Of a stretch of 64,000 nucleotides of DNA, positions 59,232 through 64,000 are shown piece by piece. The stretch comes from an uncultured Pelagibacteraceae bacterium (lineage in GTDB: Bacteria > Pseudomonadota > Alphaproteobacteria > Pelagibacterales > Pelagibacteraceae). A program made the position numbers and the translations under genes. The notes below the pieces were generated by a model, which saw only the letters and a program-made list of their open reading frames with translations, searched no databases and was not told the origin of the DNA. The first letter of the stretch is position 1; the number at the start of each line of letters is the position of its first letter. Location: the NCBI GenBank assembly GCA_902515625.1, contig CABXVD010000001.1, forward strand, positions 3,961 to 67,960, given 5' to 3'.

Positions 59232-60995
59232 ATGCCAAGTTATACAGCTCCAGTAAAAGATATGATGTTTCTTTATGACAAGTTAAGAGACAATAAAAAC
59301 TATAATGAATTAGAAAAATATAATGAAGTTAATTCCGATTTGGTAAAAGATATTTTAGAGGAAGCAGCTAAAATCAATCAAAATTTAATATTACCACTTG
59401 CAAAAATAGGAGATGAAAATCCTGCAGTATTAGAGAATGGAGTTGTTAGAACTCCCCCAGGTTATAAAGAGGCGTACCAAAAATATATAGAAGATGGATG
59501 GACATCATTATCTTGTGATCCAAAATATGGTGGTCAAGGGATGCCCAAAACTGTAAGTGCTTTTTTTGACGAAATGTTATCATCTGCAAGCTTATCATTT
59601 AAACTTTATAGTGAATTAAGTATTGGGGCTTATAATTGTATTAATCATCATGCTACAGATGAAATAAAGAATAAATACTTACCAAAAATGGTTGAGGGTA
59701 AATGGAGTGGCACAATGTGTTTAACTGAACCAGTTTGTGGAACTGATTTAGGACTTCTAAAGACTAAAGCTGAAAAACAAACTGATGGAACATATAAGCT
59801 AAGTGGTCAGAAAATATTCATCACCTCTGGTGATCAAGATTTGACAGAAAATATTATTCATTTGGTAATTGCTAGAGCTACAGACTCTCCTGCTGGAACT
59901 AAAGGCATAAGTTTATTTTTAGTCCCTAAATTTATAGTTAATGAGGATGGAACTATTGGCCCTAGGAATGGAGTATCAACAGGATCTATTGAAAGTAAAA
60001 TGGGAATAAAGGGTTCGGCTACCTGTGTTTTAAATTTTGATGATGCAACTGGTTATATGATTGGAGCTAAAGACAAGGGTTTAAGTGCTATGTTCACAAT
60101 GATGAATTTAGAGAGAATAGTAGTTGGGATACAAGGTTTAGGCCTATCAGAAATTGCTTATCAGAACTCACTTGCATATGCGAAAGAGAGAAAACAAGGA
60201 AAAACAAATAATACTAAGTCAACTAATGGTGCAGATTTTATAATTGAACATGCTGATATAAGAAAATCTTTACTAAATATGAAATCAATAATTGAGGGAG
60301 AAAGAGCATTATGTTTTTGGTTATCTCAACAAACTGAGGTTAGCCTTTATCACCCTGACGAAAAAATAAAACAAGAAGCATCCGATTATGTTTCATTAAT
60401 GACACCAGTAGTAAAATCATTATTTACTGATTTAGGTATGGAAATAACAAATGACGCAATGCAAATTCACGGTGGGTACGGGTATACAAAAGATCAAGGA
60501 ATTGAGCAATTATATCGAGATAATCGTATTACCCCTATTTATGAGGGAACAAACTCAGTTCAGGCAGCTGATTTAGTATTTAGAAAATTATCGAATAAAA
60601 ATGGCAATATAATTGCTAGATTCTTAGACATGGTTAAGTCTGAGTGTGAAAGTAAAAAAGGAAAAGTTGAAACTTTTTCAAAAGAATTAAATCATTACTT
60701 AGATATATTATCCAAGTTTACAGGCTGGATCAGTGATCAAAGTAAAATTGAAAAAGATGATGTAAGTGCAGCAGCAAATGATTACTTAAGAACACTTGGA
60801 TATGTTTCAATTGCGTATTCTTGGATAAAAGTTTTAGAAGTTAGTTTTAATGACTATGAGAAAAATAAAGACTTTTACTCTGACAAAATCAATACAGCTA
60901 AATTTTATTTTGAAAAAGTATTGCCTAGAGCAGAGTACCATTATAAATCTGCAATTTCTGGAAGCTCAAACATAATGAAATTTAATTTTATTTAG
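59232..60995 (+). CDS. dmdC: Acyl-CoA dehydrogenase, probable MMPA-CoA dehydrogenase
   Basis: GTMCLTEP, KIFITSG, KMGIKGSAT, QIHGGYGY and IYEGTN; clustered with dmdB and dmdA. Confidence 0.85.
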   Translation: MPSYTAPVKDMMFLYDKLRDNKNYNELEKYNEVNSDLVKDILEEAAKINQNLILPLAKIGDENPAVLENGVVRTPPGYKEAYQKYIEDGWTSLSCDPKYGGQGMPKTVSAFFDEMLSSASLSFKLYSELSIGAYNCINHHATDEIKNKYLPKMVEGKWSGTMCLTEPVCGTDLGLLKTKAEKQTDGTYKLSGQKIFITSGDQDLTENIIHLVIARATDSPAGTKGISLFLVPKFIVNEDGTIGPRNGVSTGSIESKMGIKGSATCVLNFDDATGYMIGAKDKGLSAMFTMMNLERIVVGIQGLGLSEIAYQNSLAYAKERKQGKTNNTKSTNGADFIIEHADIRKSLLNMKSIIEGERALCFWLSQQTEVSLYHPDEKIKQEASDYVSLMTPVVKSLFTDLGMEITNDAMQIHGGYGYTKDQGIEQLYRDNRITPIYEGTNSVQAADLVFRKLSNKNGNIIARFLDMVKSECESKKGKVETFSKELNHYLDILSKFTGWISDQSKIEKDDVSAAANDYLRTLGYVSIAYSWIKVLEVSFNDYEKNKDFYSDKINTAKFYFEKVLPRAEYHYKSAISGSSNIMKFNFI

Positions 60996-60997
60996 TA

Positions 60998-62614
60998 ATG
61001 AGTCATTATGATACTAATTTGGACAAAAACCAAGCTAATCATGTTCCGTTAACTCCTTTAACATTTTTAAAAAGAGCAACAGAAATTTATCCAAACTATG
61101 AAGCGATAGTATATGAAGACAGAAAATATACTTGGAGTGAAGTTTACAAAAGAGTAGTAAAATTTGCCAGTGCATTGTCTAAAATTGGTATTAAAAAGGG
61201 TGATACTGTTTCATTCTTAGCATTTAATACACCTGAAATATTCGAAGCACACTACTCTGTTCCTATGACAGGAGCAGTTTTAAATACAATTAATATTAGA
61301 TTAGATGCAAATACGATTGCATATATTTTAAATCATAGTGATGCAAAAGTTTTAGTCGTTGATAGACAACTACATATAGAAGTTAAAAAAGCTTTAAAAA
61401 CTTTAGATAAAAAAATTACAATTATAGATATAAATGACAAATATGCCGACCAATCAAAGTGTGAAAAAATTGGTGAGCATGAATATGAAAATTTTTTAAA
61501 TACTGGGGATGAAAATTATGACTGGCAAATGCCCGACGATGAGTGGCAGTCTATTTCTTTAAGTTATACTTCAGGCACAACTGGAAATCCAAAAGGTGTA
61601 GTTTATCATCATAGAGGTGCTTATTTAATGTCTACAGGAAGTTCTGTTGCATGGAATATGCCTAACCGATTAAATTTTTTAACAATTGTACCGATGTTTC
61701 ATTGTAATGGCTGGTGTTACCCATGGACGATCCCGATGTTGAATGGAAGGACTATTTGTCTAAGAAATATAGATATTAAAAAAATATTTGAACTAATTGA
61801 TAAATATGATGTAACGCATTTTGGTGGAGCACCTATTGTTTTAAACATGATTACTGGTGCCCCAGAAGCTGATAGAAAAAAATTAAAGAATAAAGTTTAT
61901 GTTTTAACTGCTGGAGCGCCTCCCCCTAGTATAATCTTTAAAAAAATGAAAGCTCTGGGTTTTGAGGTAATGCATGTTTATGGACTTACAGAAACATATG
62001 GACATGTTACCCAATGTGCTTGGAATGATGAGTGGAATGACTTTGATGAGGATAAACAAAATGAAATTAAAGCAAGGCAGGGTGTAAGATACCCAAATAC
62101 AGAAGGTGTAACAATATTAGATCCTGAAACCATGAAAGAAGTTCCAAAGGATGGTAAAACTATTGGTGAAATTATGATTAGAGGTAATGTAGTAATGAAG
62201 GGATACTTTAAAGATAAAGATGCTACTGATAAGGCTATGAAGGGTGGCTGGTTTCACACTGGTGATTTAGCTGTGATGCATCCTGATGGATATGTAAAAA
62301 TACAAGATAGATCTAAAGATATAATTATTTCTGGAGGAGAAAATATTTCTTCGATTGAAATTGAAAATACTCTTTCTAAACATCCGTCAGTTTCTATTGC
62401 AGCTGTAGTTGCAAAACCTGACGAAAAATGGGGCGAAGTTCCATGTGCTTTTATCGAAATGGTAAAAGATAAACCAGCAAGTGAAAAAGAATTAATTGAT
62501 TTTTGTAAAGAAACTTTAGCAGGATTTAAAGTACCAAAAAAAGTAATTTTCTGTGAGCTACCAAAAACCTCTACAGGAAAAATTCAGAAGTTTGAACTAA
62601 GAAAACAATTCTAG
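60998..62614 (+). CDS. dmdB: Acyl-CoA ligase, probable MMPA-CoA ligase
   Basis: YTSGTTGNPKG, PMFHCNGW, YGLTETYG and PKTSTGKIQK; upstream of dmdA. Confidence 0.87.
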   Translation: MSHYDTNLDKNQANHVPLTPLTFLKRATEIYPNYEAIVYEDRKYTWSEVYKRVVKFASALSKIGIKKGDTVSFLAFNTPEIFEAHYSVPMTGAVLNTINIRLDANTIAYILNHSDAKVLVVDRQLHIEVKKALKTLDKKITIIDINDKYADQSKCEKIGEHEYENFLNTGDENYDWQMPDDEWQSISLSYTSGTTGNPKGVVYHHRGAYLMSTGSSVAWNMPNRLNFLTIVPMFHCNGWCYPWTIPMLNGRTICLRNIDIKKIFELIDKYDVTHFGGAPIVLNMITGAPEADRKKLKNKVYVLTAGAPPPSIIFKKMKALGFEVMHVYGLTETYGHVTQCAWNDEWNDFDEDKQNEIKARQGVRYPNTEGVTILDPETMKEVPKDGKTIGEIMIRGNVVMKGYFKDKDATDKAMKGGWFHTGDLAVMHPDGYVKIQDRSKDIIISGGENISSIEIENTLSKHPSVSIAAVVAKPDEKWGEVPCAFIEMVKDKPASEKELIDFCKETLAGFKVPKKVIFCELPKTSTGKIQKFELRKQF

Positions 62615-62622
62615 GTAATTAT

Positions 62623-63399
62623 TTGATTTTCCAAGTAGAAAACAAAAATGTCCATGCATCAGATGCAGGTCAAGGTATTGATCCAAAAAAACAAACTATT
62701 GTATTTTTGCATGGGAGTGGGATGTCACATATTATTTGGTCTTTAACGGAGCAATTTTTTTCGAATCAAAATTTTAATGTTTTATCAATAGATTTACCTG
62801 GACATGGAAATTCCGATGGTCCCTGTATTAATACTATAGAAAAAATTACAGATTGGTTAGAAAAAGCATTTATTCAGTTAAATTTAAATGATTTAGTTTT
62901 AGTTGGACACTCTCAGGGATGTTTAGAAATTTTAGAATTTGCTCGTAAATATCCAACTAGAATAAAAAAATTAATTTTTGTTGGTGGTTCTTATAAAATG
63001 CCAGTTCATCCAGATTTAATTGAATTAGCAAAAAATGGAGACTCAGATGCTGTTAAATTGATGATGAAGTGGGGGTATGAGGGGTCAAAAAAATTTATCG
63101 GTGGTAATCCAATTGAAAGGATTATTCAATCGCCAAGAGATATAAGTGAAATATTGGCTGTTGATCTTATTGCTTGTAACAATTACTCAAACGGTAAAGA
63201 GGCTGCCGCGTCAATAAATTGTCCAAGTATGTTTATATTTGGTGCACTTGATAAGATGGTTAACATAGAAGTAGGAAAAAAATTTTCCAATCTGGTAAAA
63301 AATTCATCTACCCATATTTTCGAAGGTTGTGGTCATATGATTATGATTGAAAAAGCATTTGAAATGAGAGAAAAGGTCCTAGAATTTTTAAAAAAATGA
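62623..63399 (+). CDS. Alpha/beta hydrolase within the dmd cluster
   Basis: FLHGSG, DLPGHG, GHSQG nucleophile, D.MV and GHM. Confidence 0.9.
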   Translation: MIFQVENKNVHASDAGQGIDPKKQTIVFLHGSGMSHIIWSLTEQFFSNQNFNVLSIDLPGHGNSDGPCINTIEKITDWLEKAFIQLNLNDLVLVGHSQGCLEILEFARKYPTRIKKLIFVGGSYKMPVHPDLIELAKNGDSDAVKLMMKWGYEGSKKFIGGNPIERIIQSPRDISEILAVDLIACNNYSNGKEAAASINCPSMFIFGALDKMVNIEVGKKFSNLVKNSSTHIFEGCGHMIMIEKAFEMREKVLEFLKK

Positions 63400-64000
63400 A
63401 AAACTTTTCTATAGCAAAATCAAGAAGATTACGAAGTACACCTTATACTGACAGAATAGAAGCTCATGGTGTGAGCAGCTACACAGTTTATAATCATATG
63501 TTACTTCCAGCGTCATTTAAATCTTTAGAAAGCGACTATCATCACTTAAAAAAATATGTTCAAGTTTGGGATGTTGCAGCAGAGAGACAAGTTGAAATTT
63601 CTGGAAAAGATTCATCTAAATTAGTTCAATTAATGACTTGTAGAGATTTATCTAAATCAAAAGTTGGAAAATGTTATTACGCTCCATTAATTGATAACGA
63701 TGGACTTTTAGTTAACGACCCAATAATTAATAAACTTGCTGAGGATAAATGGTGGTTGTCTATAGCTGATGCAGATGTAATATTTTTTGCAAAAGGACTT
63801 GCAGCTGGAAACAAATTTGAAGTTGAAATTAATGAACCAAATGTAAATATTTTAGCTGTTCAAGGGCCTTTAGCTGACGATTTAATGTCAAAATTATTTG
63901 GTGAAGAGATTAGAAAATTAAAATTTTTTAATTTTGATTACTTTGAATTAAAAGGTCACAAATATTTTATTGCAAGATCTGGATGGTCCAAACAAGGTGG
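63396..64000 (+). CDS. dmdA: DMSP demethylase (GcvT family), 3'-truncated by the window edge
   Basis: Manual translation from the ATGA overlap: [22 protein letters not shown]...YNHMLLP...[13 protein letters not shown]...ARSGWSKQG. This matches my recollection of SAR11 DmdA; the gene is not in the ORF track. Confidence 0.93.
   Translation, partial: MKNFSIAKSRRLRSTPYTDRIEAHGVSSYTVYNHMLLPASFKSLESDYHHLKKYVQVWDVAAERQVEISGKDSSKLVQLMTCRDLSKSKVGKCYYAPLIDNDGLLVNDPIINKLAEDKWWLSIADADVIFFAKGLAAGNKFEVEINEPNVNILAVQGPLADDLMSKLFGEEIRKLKFFNFDYFELKGHKYFIARSGWSKQG

Noticed and set aside
1-64000. CRISPR arrays, tRNA/rRNA genes, integrases, transposases, prophage or defence genes
   Set aside because: No spaced repeats, cloverleaf or T-loop signatures, or mobile-element proteins were seen by eye, and nearly all sequence is accounted for by coding genes.

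Overview
This is a very AT-rich, gene-dense window with minimal or overlapping intergenic spacers. Gene content and order match a streamlined marine alphaproteobacterium of the SAR11 (Pelagibacterales) clade. Housekeeping genes include acs, tsaD, hemCD, folD, argG, ccmCDEFGH, ftsY-dapF, ffh-rpsP-trmD-rplS and leuCDB. Four functional blocks stand out. (1) A light/UV-stress island at about 10.3-19.3 kb carries two unusual photolyases (an Fe-S-free PhrB type and an inverted-domain NewPHL type), an unannotated DUF2256 micro-ORF, a DUF4174 fusion, an exported CRTAC1-like protein, an exported 10-Cys protein and a nonsense-interrupted small membrane gene. (2) A 2-hydroxy-acid cluster contains tandem lldD paralogs. 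(3) An AcoR-like regulator lacking its AAA+ domain sits divergent from a Zn-alcohol dehydrogenase and a mosaic ABC importer, followed by a TRAP transporter and amidase. (4) The DMSP demethylation cluster dmdC-dmdB-hydrolase-dmdA runs off the window end. Non-coding signals include the structured ffh leader, two hairpins after solute-binding-protein genes, several promoter-like motifs abutting start codons, and a candidate anti-Shine-Dalgarno small RNA between hspQ and ccmC. I saw no tRNA, rRNA, CRISPR array or mobile element. All family calls come from recognising motifs by eye; no searches were run.
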